Shown one piece after another: positions 1 through 8,159 of a stretch of DNA of 55,491 nucleotides (its first letter is position 1; every line of letters begins with the position of its first letter). Made by a program: the position numbers and the translations under genes. The stretch is from Pseudomonadota bacterium (GTDB lineage Bacteria; Pseudomonadota; Gammaproteobacteria; Steroidobacterales; Steroidobacteraceae). The notes beneath the pieces are model-generated. The model saw only the letters and a program-made list of their open reading frames with translations, did not search any database and was not told the DNA's origin. The stretch covers positions 1 through 55,491 of the forward strand of contig JAJZVF010000001.1 in the NCBI GenBank assembly GCA_021845825.1, in the 5' to 3' direction.

Positions 1-113
1 CCGAGGATATGACCGCGCTCGACGCCGCGAGCGCACTGCCGCCGGAGTATCCGGGGTGGATGATCGAGTTCCAGCACGCCCGCTCGCGGGTACCGGAGCC
101 GCCGAAGCCGTAG
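1..113 (+). CDS. 3' end of an unidentified CDS (partial, start left of window)
   Basis: Open frame from the window edge (...EDMTALDAASALPPEYPGWMIEFQHARSRVPEPPKP) ending at TAG 111-113. Third positions are GC-rich. 36 aa is too short to assign a family. Confidence 0.35.
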   Translation, partial: EDMTALDAASALPPEYPGWMIEFQHARSRVPEPPKP

Positions 114-147
114 CAGCGGTCCCAGCCCCCACGACCTCACGACGATC

Positions 148-290
148 TGTGGGTTGACGCATGAAGTGAGATCTCCACACATTTAAAATCAATGGCTTAT
201 GCGCGCAGATGCAGCGTAAGCTGAGGCCAATTCACCCCATAAGATGAGATTTTCGACATTAGATTTACGCATAAGGTGAGATTTTCCACC
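148..290. repeat. Left-end repeat array of the Tn7-like element (tip + 4 spaced motif copies)
   Basis: Motif copies: ATGAAGTGAGATCT 161-174, GTAAGCTGAGGCC 216-228, CATAAGATGAGATTTT 238-253, CATAAGGTGAGATTTT 270-285. All are in the same orientation, spaced about 55/22/32 bp. Confidence 0.6.
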
Positions 291-302
291 CTGCTGGCGC
301 CC

Positions 303-333
303 ATATCCCACAAAATCGGATATTGTGGGATAT
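303..333. promoter_or_regulatory. Operator-like 31-bp palindrome 1 upstream of the cargo gene
   Basis: ATATCCCACAAAAT-CGG-ATATTGTGGGATAT: 14-nt arms with one mismatch. Confidence 0.5.
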
Positions 334-356
334 GACCTCGGAAGCGGGTATATTCC

Positions 357-387
357 GTATCCCACAATCATGGACATTGTGGGATAC
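357..387. promoter_or_regulatory. Operator-like 31-bp palindrome 2, abutting the start codon of the cargo gene
   Basis: GTATCCCACAAT-CATGGAC-ATTGTGGGATAC: perfect 12-nt arms with the same half-site as palindrome 1. Centres are 54 bp apart. A TATATT -10-like hexamer (349-354) lies between them, and the ATG at 393 is 6 nt downstream. Confidence 0.5.
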
Positions 388-392
388 GCGAG

Positions 393-1439
393 ATGTCCAC
401 GCTTTCCGTGCCTCACGAACGGGCGCTCTCTTTGCTGCTCACCGAGCTGCAAAACTCTGCCGAGCAGCAGCCAGAGGCATTGCTTGGCTCACCCGGGACC
501 CTGGCTGAGCGCACCAATGCGACCGGCACCCGCTTCTGGGTCCACCGGTATTCAGACGCTGCCGGTCGACGCCAGGAAGTCTATCTGGGCAAGGCCGATG
601 AACCGGCGGTGATCGCTCGTGTTGCCAACCTGAGCGAGCGGATTAGGCGGGCAAATGACGCCATCGCCAGCGTCAGATTGCTCGCGCGGGCGGGATTCGC
701 CACCGTTGATCGCAAAGCATTTGCCACCTTGGTGAGTTTACACAACCATGGCCTGTTCCGAGCGGGAGCGCTATTGGTTGGATCTCACGCCTACGGCGCG
801 TTGCTCAACGTGCTTGGAGTGCGCGCAGTGGCATATTCAACCGAAGACGTGGACATAGCACGTCGTGAGCAGCTCGCCATCTCTCGTGTTCCGCCTTTCA
901 TTGACATGCTTCGCGAGACGGGTCTCGATTTCTTTCCCGTCCCTGCGCTTCATCGGCGCGCCCCGTCTACGTCCTTCGCGGAGCGAGGCGGCTCTCGTCT
1001 GCGGGTCGATCTGCTCGTACCGTCACCGAATAGCGATTATCCGACAATTCCGGTTCCTGAGCTCGGGGCGCACGCAAAAGGACTGCCATACTTAGCCTAT
1101 CTGCTCGGCGTATCTCAGGAGGTTCCTATTCTCAGCCCTCACGGAGTCGTGATGGTGCGGGTACCTGTGCCGGAACGTTTCGCGGTACACAAGCTCATCG
1201 TCTCGCAGCTCAGGGCCGGGGTAAGCACTAAGCCCGAAAAGGACTTGAGGCAAGCGGGAACGATGGTCGAAGCCGTCACTGAGCGCTTTCCGAACGCGGT
1301 GGCTGACGCGCTTGCTGCGGTTCCGAAAAGCGCGAATCGCTATGTGACCCGAGCCATCAAAGCACTGGAACGTCACCTCCCGTTTTCGGCCGAAAGTGCC
1401 TGGGACGAGTTACGAACGGCGCAGATTCGCAAAGCATGA
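393..1439 (+). CDS. Nucleotidyltransferase-fold protein (GSU2403-family / AbiEii-like, possible toxin-type NTase)
   Basis: 348-aa ORF. Pol-beta-type NTase signature G-S...D-x-D in LLVGSHAYGALLNVLGVRAVAYSTEDVDIA. Size fits GSU2403-family NTase-fold proteins; the family call is from memory, not searched. Confidence 0.75.
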   Translation: MSTLSVPHERALSLLLTELQNSAEQQPEALLGSPGTLAERTNATGTRFWVHRYSDAAGRRQEVYLGKADEPAVIARVANLSERIRRANDAIASVRLLARAGFATVDRKAFATLVSLHNHGLFRAGALLVGSHAYGALLNVLGVRAVAYSTEDVDIARREQLAISRVPPFIDMLRETGLDFFPVPALHRRAPSTSFAERGGSRLRVDLLVPSPNSDYPTIPVPELGAHAKGLPYLAYLLGVSQEVPILSPHGVVMVRVPVPERFAVHKLIVSQLRAGVSTKPEKDLRQAGTMVEAVTERFPNAVADALAAVPKSANRYVTRAIKALERHLPFSAESAWDELRTAQIRKA

Positions 1440-1592
1440 TGCATTTGCGCTCCTTCGGACAAAACTTGTTGGGCACCGTCAACCACGAGCACAACGGGCG
1501 CTGCGCATCAATGGGCATATTGGACCCAGCCAAAACTGGCGGGAGCTTTCGCCCCGCCACAATATGCTCAATCAAGTGCCCTAATCAGTCAG

Positions 1593-1676
1593 ACAGATCT
1601 CACCCCGAAACTCCATTTCGCCTGAAGTCTCAGCTTATGGGGTCAAAATCTCACCTTATGGTGTCACCCACACACA
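1593..1676. repeat. Right-end repeat array of the Tn7-like element (3 inverted motif copies + tip)
   Basis: AGATCTCACCCC 1596-1607, GAAGTCTCAGCTTATGG 1624-1640 and AAAATCTCACCTTATGG 1645-1661 are reverse complements of the left-end motif. The outer two copies are only 21 bp apart. The tip GTCACCCACA ends at 1672. Confidence 0.6.
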
Positions 1677-1703
1677 ATCCCCCTGATGGCATCGCCCACA
1701 CCG

Positions 1704-2477
1704 TCAGCCGCACTTGGAGTCGCCGCAATTCAGACAGGTCATGCAGCCATCCATCATGACGACCGCGGCGGTGCTGCATTTGGCGCAGAGCTGCGCGCCC
1801 TCGGGGAAGCTCGACTTAGCGAACGCATCGGTCTGGCGGGCACGCGCCTCGTATTCCGCCCGCTTCTCGTCCACCAGGCGCTGCTGATGCTCGTCGAGCT
1901 GCGGCTTGCGCAGCAGGCCGATCGTCTGCAGGTGCCGCTCGATGACGTAGCCGAGCTCCGCGATGATGGAAGGCATGAACTTCCCGCCCGGCTGCCAGTA
2001 GCCGCCGCGGGGATCGAACACTGCCTTGAGCTCATCGACCAGGAAAGTGACATCACCGCCCTTGCGGAATACGGCGGAGATGATGCGCGTCAGCGCCACG
2101 ATCCACTGGAAGTGATCGAGGTTCTTGGAATTGATGAAGATCTCGAACGGCCGGCGCTGCTCGAACTCCGTGTCCTCGTTGAGCACGATGTCGTTGATGG
2201 TGACGTACATCGCGTGATCGGAGATCGGAGTCTTGATCTTGTAGGTCGAGCCGACCAGCACCTCCGGACGCTCGAGCTTCTCGTGCATGCGTATGACCTG
2301 CGCCAGGTGGCCGTGCTTGTCGCGCACCGTCTGTCCGACTGCGGCCGGTGGCGCAGGCGGCGGTGAAGCAGGCGGGACGGCCGCCGGCACCGCGGCGCTC
2401 TTGGCGCTTGCAGCGGGTTTGTCCTCGGGTTTCTGCACATCGTACTTGACGATCTTGCGTTCGATCTTGATGGTCAT
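1704..2477 (-). CDS. nrdJb: Class II (adenosylcobalamin-dependent) ribonucleotide reductase, small C-terminal piece NrdJb
   Basis: ...TYKIKTPISDHAMYVTINDIV...PFEIFINSKN... with a Cys-rich tail CAKCSTAAVVMMDGCMTCLNCGDSKCG. Start taken at MTIKIERK (ATG 2477, GGAG upstream) rather than 2507. The gene follows nrdJa by 48 nt, as in the split NrdJa/NrdJb of Pseudomonas. Confidence 0.88.
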   Translation of the reverse strand: MTIKIERKIVKYDVQKPEDKPAASAKSAAVPAAVPPASPPPAPPAAVGQTVRDKHGHLAQVIRMHEKLERPEVLVGSTYKIKTPISDHAMYVTINDIVLNEDTEFEQRRPFEIFINSKNLDHFQWIVALTRIISAVFRKGGDVTFLVDELKAVFDPRGGYWQPGGKFMPSIIAELGYVIERHLQTIGLLRKPQLDEHQQRLVDEKRAEYEARARQTDAFAKSSFPEGAQLCAKCSTAAVVMMDGCMTCLNCGDSKCG

Positions 2478-2524
2478 GATGCGGCTCTCCTGAAGCTGAT
2501 GGCGCAAGTGCTCTCTACGGCGCT

Positions 2525-4672
2525 TCAGTAACGCCCATAGTATCCGTCGCGCAGCGCATCGAACAAATTCGCGGCCGTGTGCATCTCGCCGTCATATTCA
2601 ATTTCCTCGTCGCCGCGCGCCTCGACCACCGTGCCGTCATCCAGGGTGAATTTGTAGACCGTGTTCTTCAGGTCCTGCTCCTTGACCAGCACGCCCTGGA
2701 AGGCCTCGGGATTGAAGCGGAAGGTGGTGCAGCCTTTCAGGCCCTGCTCGTGTGCATACAGGTATATGTCCTTGAACTTCTCGAACGGGAAATCCGTCGG
2801 CACGTTCGCAGTCTTGGAGATCGACGAATCCACCCACTTCTGCGCCGCCGCCTGCACGTCGACATGCTCTTTCGGCGTGATTTGGTCGGAAGCGACGAAG
2901 TATTCCGGCAGTCTGTCCGATTCGTCCGTGCCGCCGGGCTCGGCCCGGGGATTCACCAGCTCCCGATAGGCGAGCAGCTCGAAGGAATAGACGTCGATCT
3001 TTTCCTTGGTCTTGCGACCCGGCCTGATCACGTTGCGGAAATAATGGTGCGCGAACGAGGGCTCGATGCCGTTGGACGCGTTGTTCGCCAAAGACAGCGA
3101 GATAGTGCCCGTGGGCGCGATGGAGGTGTGATGCGTAAACCGGGCGCCTGTCTCGGCGAGTTTTTCCACGAGCTCCGGTGCCGCCTCGGCCACCCGCTGC
3201 ATGTATCGACTGTAGCGGGCGTGCAACAGCCGGCCCGGGATCCGCGCCCCGGCCCGCCAGCCGTCGCGCGCCATCTCCGGGCGTTTGCGCAGCATTTCGG
3301 CGGTGACCGTGAATTCCTCGGTCATGATGGGTGCCGGGCCCTTCTCGCGGGCGAGTTCCAGCGCCTCCTCCCAGCCGGCGATCGCCATCTCGCGTGAAAC
3401 GTCCTCGGTGAACTTCAGCGACTGCGGGGAGCCGTACTTCATGCCGAGCAAAGTCATGGCGCTACCCAGGCCGAGGAAGCCCATCCCGTGACGGCGCTTG
3501 CGCCGGATCTCCTCGCGCTGCTTCTCGAGCGGCAACCCGTTTATCTCCACCACGTTGTCGAGCATGCGGGTGAAGATCTTCACCACCTCGCGGTATTCGG
3601 CCCAGTCGAATTCCGCCGCAGCCGAAAATGGCCGATGCACGAACCGGGTCAGATTGATCGACCCCAGCAGGCATGCACCATAAGGAGGCAGGCACTGCTC
3701 GCCGCACGGATTGGTGGCGCGGATGTTCTCGCACCACCAGTTGTTGTTCATCTCGTTGGCACGATCGATGAGAACGAAGCCCGGCTCGGCGAAATCGTAG
3801 GTGGAGGTCATGATGACATCCCACATGCGCCGCGCCGGCAATGTCTTGTAGACCTTGCAGGCCACCAGACCCTGCTCGTTGACGACGTAGTTCTCGTGCA
3901 CCGGCCATTCACGCCAGATGAATCTGGCCGGATCGCTCAGCGCGGGCTTTTCCTCTTCGTACTCCTTGCGCGACAGTGGAAATGCGAGCTTCCAGTCACG
4001 GTTCTCCCGCACCGCCTGCATGAATTCGTCGGTGATCAGCAGCGACAGGTTGAATTGGCGCAGGCGGCCGCTCTCGCGCTTGGCACGGATGAATTCCATT
4101 ACATCGGGATGGCCGACGTCGAAGGTGCCCATCTGCGCCCCCCGCCGGCCGCCAGCGGACGAAACGGTAAAACACATCTTGTCGAAGATATCCATGAAGG
4201 AAAGCGGACCCGAAGTGTAGGCACCTGCACCTGACACGTAGGCGCCGCGCGGACGAAGCGTCGAATGCTCATATCCGATGCCACAGCCCGCCTTGAGCGT
4301 GAGCCCGGCCTCGTGCACTTTGCTCAGGATGTCATCCATGGAGTCATGAATCGTTCCTGACACCGTACAGTTGATCGTCGAGGTCGCCGGCTTGTGCTCC
4401 AGCGCTCCGGCATTGGAGGTGATGCGGCCGGCGGGGATGGCGCCGCGGCGCAGCGCCCACAGAAAGCGCTCGTACCAGTGGTCGCGCACCTCTTCGCGCT
4501 CTACGTCGGCGAGGGCACGAGCGACCCGCTTGTACGTATCGTCCATCGTCTTGTCGATGGGCGTGCCGTCTTTCGCGGTGAGCCGGTATTTCTTATCCCA
4601 GATGTCCAAAGACGCTTCCTGGAACGGAATGGCGTCGATGTCCTTCGGTTCGATCTTCACGACAGTATTCAT
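2525..4672 (-). CDS. nrdJa: Class II ribonucleotide reductase, large piece NrdJa
   Basis: 715 aa. Typical RNR strings: TSTINCTVSG, ATNPCGEQCLPPYGACLLGSINL, SISKTANVP. Start taken at MNTVVKIEPK (ATG 4672). Confidence 0.93.
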   Translation of the reverse strand: MNTVVKIEPKDIDAIPFQEASLDIWDKKYRLTAKDGTPIDKTMDDTYKRVARALADVEREEVRDHWYERFLWALRRGAIPAGRITSNAGALEHKPATSTINCTVSGTIHDSMDDILSKVHEAGLTLKAGCGIGYEHSTLRPRGAYVSGAGAYTSGPLSFMDIFDKMCFTVSSAGGRRGAQMGTFDVGHPDVMEFIRAKRESGRLRQFNLSLLITDEFMQAVRENRDWKLAFPLSRKEYEEEKPALSDPARFIWREWPVHENYVVNEQGLVACKVYKTLPARRMWDVIMTSTYDFAEPGFVLIDRANEMNNNWWCENIRATNPCGEQCLPPYGACLLGSINLTRFVHRPFSAAAEFDWAEYREVVKIFTRMLDNVVEINGLPLEKQREEIRRKRRHGMGFLGLGSAMTLLGMKYGSPQSLKFTEDVSREMAIAGWEEALELAREKGPAPIMTEEFTVTAEMLRKRPEMARDGWRAGARIPGRLLHARYSRYMQRVAEAAPELVEKLAETGARFTHHTSIAPTGTISLSLANNASNGIEPSFAHHYFRNVIRPGRKTKEKIDVYSFELLAYRELVNPRAEPGGTDESDRLPEYFVASDQITPKEHVDVQAAAQKWVDSSISKTANVPTDFPFEKFKDIYLYAHEQGLKGCTTFRFNPEAFQGVLVKEQDLKNTVYKFTLDDGTVVEARGDEEIEYDGEMHTAANLFDALRDGYYGRY

Positions 4673-4831
4673 TGTCCGCGGTGCTCCAAGTGCTTGCACA
4701 CCGGATCACAGGGGATACGGGCGATGCGGGAAACGCCGAGCAAAGCGGCCGGGTGCACCGGAACGTCGCCACAGCCTGTATCCCCCCTGAGCCTCCCCGA
4801 CCGCGCGATCCGTTACCGCCTTCTCGGCGAG

Positions 4832-4846
4832 CACAAGATCTTGTGT
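4832..4846 (-). promoter_or_regulatory. Candidate NrdR box upstream of nrdJa
   Basis: Perfect 14-bp palindrome CACAAGATCTTGTG (4832-4845) fits the NrdR-box consensus acaCwAtATaTwGtgt. It lies about 11 nt downstream of a -10-like hexamer. No convincing second box was found at the usual spacing of about 31 bp. Confidence 0.45.
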
Positions 4847-4856
4847 CGGGGTAAAG

Positions 4857-4885
4857 AGCCTAATGAGCGCCCCGGCAAGCGTCAA
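4857..4885 (-). promoter_or_regulatory. Candidate sigma70 promoter of nrdJab
   Basis: On the minus strand: TTGACG (rc of 4880-4885), 17-nt spacer, TAGGCT (rc of 4857-4862). Confidence 0.35.
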
Positions 4886-5219
4886 GATGTCGCACAGTGG
4901 ATGCTCGAACTATAAAATATCCTTTAAAACAATGTCTTAGGTAAATACCAGCCGTGACATGCGGATGATTTTTTTTCGTTTCTGGATTCCTTGTTGTGAC
5001 GACCGATCGCAATATCTTGTAGTAGGGCACAGGTTATGCACAAAACACCCCCAGGCAGCGCCCACGGCCGAGCCAGGCGAGGCTATGCATGGGTCGGCGT
5101 GCCCTGGTCCCGGGTTGGCGAGGCAACAGGCCGGCCTCCCTTAAGAGATCTGTCCCGGAGACGCCTGACGGGACCTTCAGGATGAAGAGCATCTGCGTCG
5201 GCCTCTCGCGGCGCCGGCG

Positions 5220-5247
5220 CTTGAAATCTTCCAGGACGCCCACAAAT
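5220..5247 (+). promoter_or_regulatory. Candidate sigma32 (heat-shock) promoter of hsp20
   Basis: CTTGAAA (5220-5226), spacer, CCCACAAAT (5239-5247). Compare the consensus CTTGAA-N13/14-CCCCATnT. It lies about 60 nt upstream of the hsp20 ATG. Confidence 0.5.
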
Positions 5248-5308
5248 GTCATTCGACAACATTAGTGGGCGGCAACGCCTGGCACTATGGCAGACTGGAG
5301 GTTAGATC

Positions 5309-5746
5309 ATGACTGTCGTTCGCTATCAGCCCTGGACTCTCTTCGATCGCCTGCAACGCCAACTCGATCAGGCTCTTTCGGTGGAGGCCGGCGAGACAGC
5401 TGATGGGGCGGAAATTTCCTGGATTCCGCAGGTCGATATCCGCGAGGAGCCTGAGCGTTTCGTCGTGCTGGCCGACGTGCCCGGTGTCGAGCCCAAGGAC
5501 ATTCATATCACGGTCGACAAGGGTGTGCTGACGATCCGCGGGGAGAAGCACGCGCGCGAGACACAGCAGCCCAACGGCTGGCAGCGCCTGGAGCGCCGTA
5601 GCGGCTCGTTCCTGCGCCGCTTCACGCTCCCGGAGGGTGCCAATCCGGATGCGATCGCGGCCAAGCACGTCCATGGCGTGCTGGAAGTAACCATTCCCAA
5701 GCAACCTCAGGTGCGGACGAGGCGGATCGAGGTCGAGGCAGCCTGA
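5309..5746 (+). CDS. Hsp20/alpha-crystallin family small heat-shock protein
   Basis: Alpha-crystallin domain (FVVLADVPGVEPKDIHITVDKGVLTIRGEK...FLRRFTLPEGANPDAIAAKHVHGVLEVTIPK). GGAGG lies 8 nt upstream. Confidence 0.93.
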   Translation: MTVVRYQPWTLFDRLQRQLDQALSVEAGETADGAEISWIPQVDIREEPERFVVLADVPGVEPKDIHITVDKGVLTIRGEKHARETQQPNGWQRLERRSGSFLRRFTLPEGANPDAIAAKHVHGVLEVTIPKQPQVRTRRIEVEAA

Positions 5747-5934
5747 CGCCCCTCGGATGTTCGCGGAACCCCGTTTCCGGACCCGGGCCGGCGGACCTTG
5801 CCGGTCCGGGGTAAAATTCGGGGGCCGATACGCCGCGCCTGCCCCAGGTTGACGTAGATGCGGCGGCCGGATTCCTGAGCCGATTGACTCAGGCGCCGGA
5901 TAGACCTCAACCTGCGTGGCGGGGAGGACTGTGA

Positions 5935-6876
5935 ATGGTCGGTGAGCCGATGAACATCTGCGTGTTGGGCGGAACCGGCTTCGTCGGAACCGCCCTCGTC
6001 AACCGGCTGGCACGGGACGGACACTGGGTCGTGGTGCCGACCCGCAATCCTGAGCATGGCCAGCATCTGCGCGTGCTGCCCACTGTGGAGTTGGCAACGG
6101 CCAACGTGCACGACCCGAGCGCGCTCGACCGCCTGGTCACCGGCATGGACGCGGTCATCAACCTGGTCGGCATTCTCAACGAGCACGGCCGTTGCACTTT
6201 CCAGCTGGTGCACGCGGCGCTCGCGCAGAAGCTGGTCGCCGCTCTGAAGGCCGCGCGGGTGCGGCGGCTGCTGCAGATGAGCGCGCTGGGTGCCGATACC
6301 GGCGCCCCCAGCCGCTATCTGCGCTCCAAGGGCGAAGCCGAGGCGCATATCCGCGCAGCCGCCGCACACCTGGATTTCACCATCCTGCGTCCGTCGGTCA
6401 TCTTCGGTCCCGGCGATTCGCTCACCAACCGGTTCGCGAATCTGCTGCGCCTTTCCGGCGGTTTTCTGCCGCTCGCCCGCCCCCAGGCGCGCTTTTCGCC
6501 GGTGTACGTGCACGACGTCACGGAAGCTTTCGCTCGCGCGCTGAGCGACCGCAAGACCCACGGCCAGAGCTATGAGCTCTGCGGCCCGCAGGTGATGACT
6601 CTCGAGCAGCTCGTGCGCACCACCGCGCAGGCGGCGGGCCTGCGCTGCCTGCTCTTGGGGCTCCCCGACCCGATCGGCCGGCTGCAGGCGGCGCTGCTCG
6701 GCGCGTTGCCCGGCAAGCCGCTGACACTGGACAATTTCCGCTCGCTTACCCTTGACAGTGTCTGCGCCGACTCCGGATGCGAGCGCCTCGGCATCGCCCC
6801 GCGCACGATGGCGCAGATCCTGCCCGGCTATCTTCCTTCGCCGGCGACCCCGGGAAATTCACGAGCAATGGCGTGA
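5935..6876 (+). CDS. NAD(P)H-binding SDR, complex I NDUFA9-subunit-like family
   Basis: N-terminal Rossmann motif VLGGTGFVG and the overall NDUFA9/epimerase-like pattern. GGAGGA lies 6 nt upstream of ATG 5935. Confidence 0.85.
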   Translation: MVGEPMNICVLGGTGFVGTALVNRLARDGHWVVVPTRNPEHGQHLRVLPTVELATANVHDPSALDRLVTGMDAVINLVGILNEHGRCTFQLVHAALAQKLVAALKAARVRRLLQMSALGADTGAPSRYLRSKGEAEAHIRAAAAHLDFTILRPSVIFGPGDSLTNRFANLLRLSGGFLPLARPQARFSPVYVHDVTEAFARALSDRKTHGQSYELCGPQVMTLEQLVRTTAQAAGLRCLLLGLPDPIGRLQAALLGALPGKPLTLDNFRSLTLDSVCADSGCERLGIAPRTMAQILPGYLPSPATPGNSRAMA

Positions 6877-6938
6877 CCATTCCCTTCCCCCGCGCCGCGT
6901 TCGTCCGCTTCATGAGCCGCCGGTAAACCGCCGGCCCC

Positions 6939-8153
6939 TCAGGTAAGCGCCTGGATGGCCGCCAAGCGCTTCTCGCGCAGCTTCTCGCCGATCGCGGCGC
7001 CCGCAAGCCCCTGACGCTCCGCTCCCGAGAGGCTGACCGCCGCCGCCGCCGAGCGCATGCGCCGCAGGTATCGGCCCTGGGGGTAGGGTTGGGCCTCGAG
7101 GCCAGCGCGTCCGCGGGCATCGGCTTCGCACGCCCAAAGCAGCTCATCGAAGCGCTCGGGCCGCCGGAAAGCGTCGGTCACCTCAAGCAGCCTGAGCGCC
7201 GCGGCCGGCCGCAGCTCCTGCGCCCGATGTACCAGCGTGTGATGACGCGCGGTGAGCAGCGCGAGGTCACGATATTCGTTCGGCACCTTAAGCCGCGCAC
7301 ATAGCGCTTCGATCGCGGGCACGCCTCCTTCCTCGTGACCATGGTGGCTCGGCCAGCGCTCGGGCGCGGTGAGTGCCTTGCCCAGATCGTGCGTCAGGAC
7401 CGCAAACCGGACGGTCGAGGGCAGACCGGCCCGGGCCGCCCAGCGAAGCGCCAGCATGACGTGCATGCCCGTATCGACTTCCGGATGCCACTTCGGCGGC
7501 TGCGGGACCCCGAAGAGAGCGTCCACCTCGGGAAAAATAAGCCGCAGCGCACCGCATTCGCGCAGGGTCTCGAAGAACACCTCGGGACGGGCTTCCCCGA
7601 GCGCACGCTCGGTCTCCTGCCAGACCCTCTCCGGCACCAGCGCTGCGAGTTCCCCGGATTCGGCCATCCGGCGCATCAGCGCAATGGTCTCCTCCGCCAC
7701 GGTGAAGCCGAGTTCCGCGTATCGGGCAGCGAAACGCGCCACACGCAGCACCCGCACCGGATCTTCGATGAAGGCCTCCGACACGTGGCGCAGCAGGCGG
7801 ACTTCGAGGTCCCGCCGTCCCCCGTAAGGGTCGATGATCTCGCCCGAGGCACTTTCGGCCATCGCGTTGATGGTCAGATCGCGCCGCCGCAGGTCCTCTT
7901 CCAGCGTCACCTCCGGAGAGAATCGGGTCTCGAACCCCCGGTAGCCCGGCGCCACCTTGCGCTCCAGGCGAGCGAGCGCGTATTCCTCGCGGGTTTTCGG
8001 ATGCAGAAACACGGGGAACTCCCTGCCCACGGGCACATAGCCCTGGCGCTCGAGATCCTCCGGGCGCGCCCCGACCACCACCCAGTCGCGCTCCTTGACC
8101 GGCCGCCCGAGCAGCCGGTCCCGCACCGCACCGCCGACCAAGTACACTTGCAT
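6939..8153 (-). CDS. cca: Multifunctional CCA tRNA nucleotidyltransferase (with HD domain)
   Basis: [16 protein letters not shown]...RDLTINAMA head domain plus a C-terminal HD region (LTHDLGK). Confidence 0.93.
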   Translation of the reverse strand: MQVYLVGGAVRDRLLGRPVKERDWVVVGARPEDLERQGYVPVGREFPVFLHPKTREEYALARLERKVAPGYRGFETRFSPEVTLEEDLRRRDLTINAMAESASGEIIDPYGGRRDLEVRLLRHVSEAFIEDPVRVLRVARFAARYAELGFTVAEETIALMRRMAESGELAALVPERVWQETERALGEARPEVFFETLRECGALRLIFPEVDALFGVPQPPKWHPEVDTGMHVMLALRWAARAGLPSTVRFAVLTHDLGKALTAPERWPSHHGHEEGGVPAIEALCARLKVPNEYRDLALLTARHHTLVHRAQELRPAAALRLLEVTDAFRRPERFDELLWACEADARGRAGLEAQPYPQGRYLRRMRSAAAAVSLSGAERQGLAGAAIGEKLREKRLAAIQALT

Positions 8154-8159
8154 ACACGC

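Larger units (their letters stand above)
148..1676. mobile_element. Miniature, transposase-less Tn7-like (TnsB/TniA-type ends) element with a single cargo gene
   Basis: Imperfect terminal inverted repeats: the left tip starts TGTGGGT at 148, the right tip ends ACCCACA at 1672 (then CACA to 1676). Tips align at about 24/30: TGTGGGTTGACGCATGAAGTGAGATCTCC versus rc TGTGGGTGACACCATAAGGTGAGATTTTG. Subterminal CATAAG-N-TGAGAT(C/T)T repeats are spread out on the left and packed on the right. No transposase ORF lies inside. Confidence 0.55.

Noticed and set aside
303-387. TATCCCACA half-sites, considered as DnaA boxes.
   Set aside because: The DnaA box is TTATCCACA, and these sites carry an extra C. 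They also occur only as two symmetric 31-bp palindromes, which fits a dimeric repressor operator better.
189-452. 87-aa minus-strand ORF over the palindromes, considered as the missing antitoxin or regulator.
   Set aside because: It runs antisense across the end repeats, both palindromes and the NTase start codon. It has no RBS and no recognisable DNA-binding motif, and it is largely a translation of repeat DNA.
4700-4860. Long nrdJa 5' leader, checked for a cobalamin riboswitch.
   Set aside because: No B12-box-like GCCACTG core was seen on the sense strand. B12 riboswitch repression of a B12-requiring enzyme is also not expected.
5777-5809. GC-rich hairpin (CCGGACC...GGTCCGG) after hsp20, considered as an intrinsic terminator.
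   Set aside because: It is followed by GGGTAAAATTC rather than a U-tract. That is insufficient to call a rho-independent terminator.
7335-8159. N-terminal 275 codons of the 644-aa plus-strand track ORF.
   Set aside because: This part is antisense to the well-supported cca gene. Aminopeptidase similarity and the lipoprotein signal begin only after ATG 8160.
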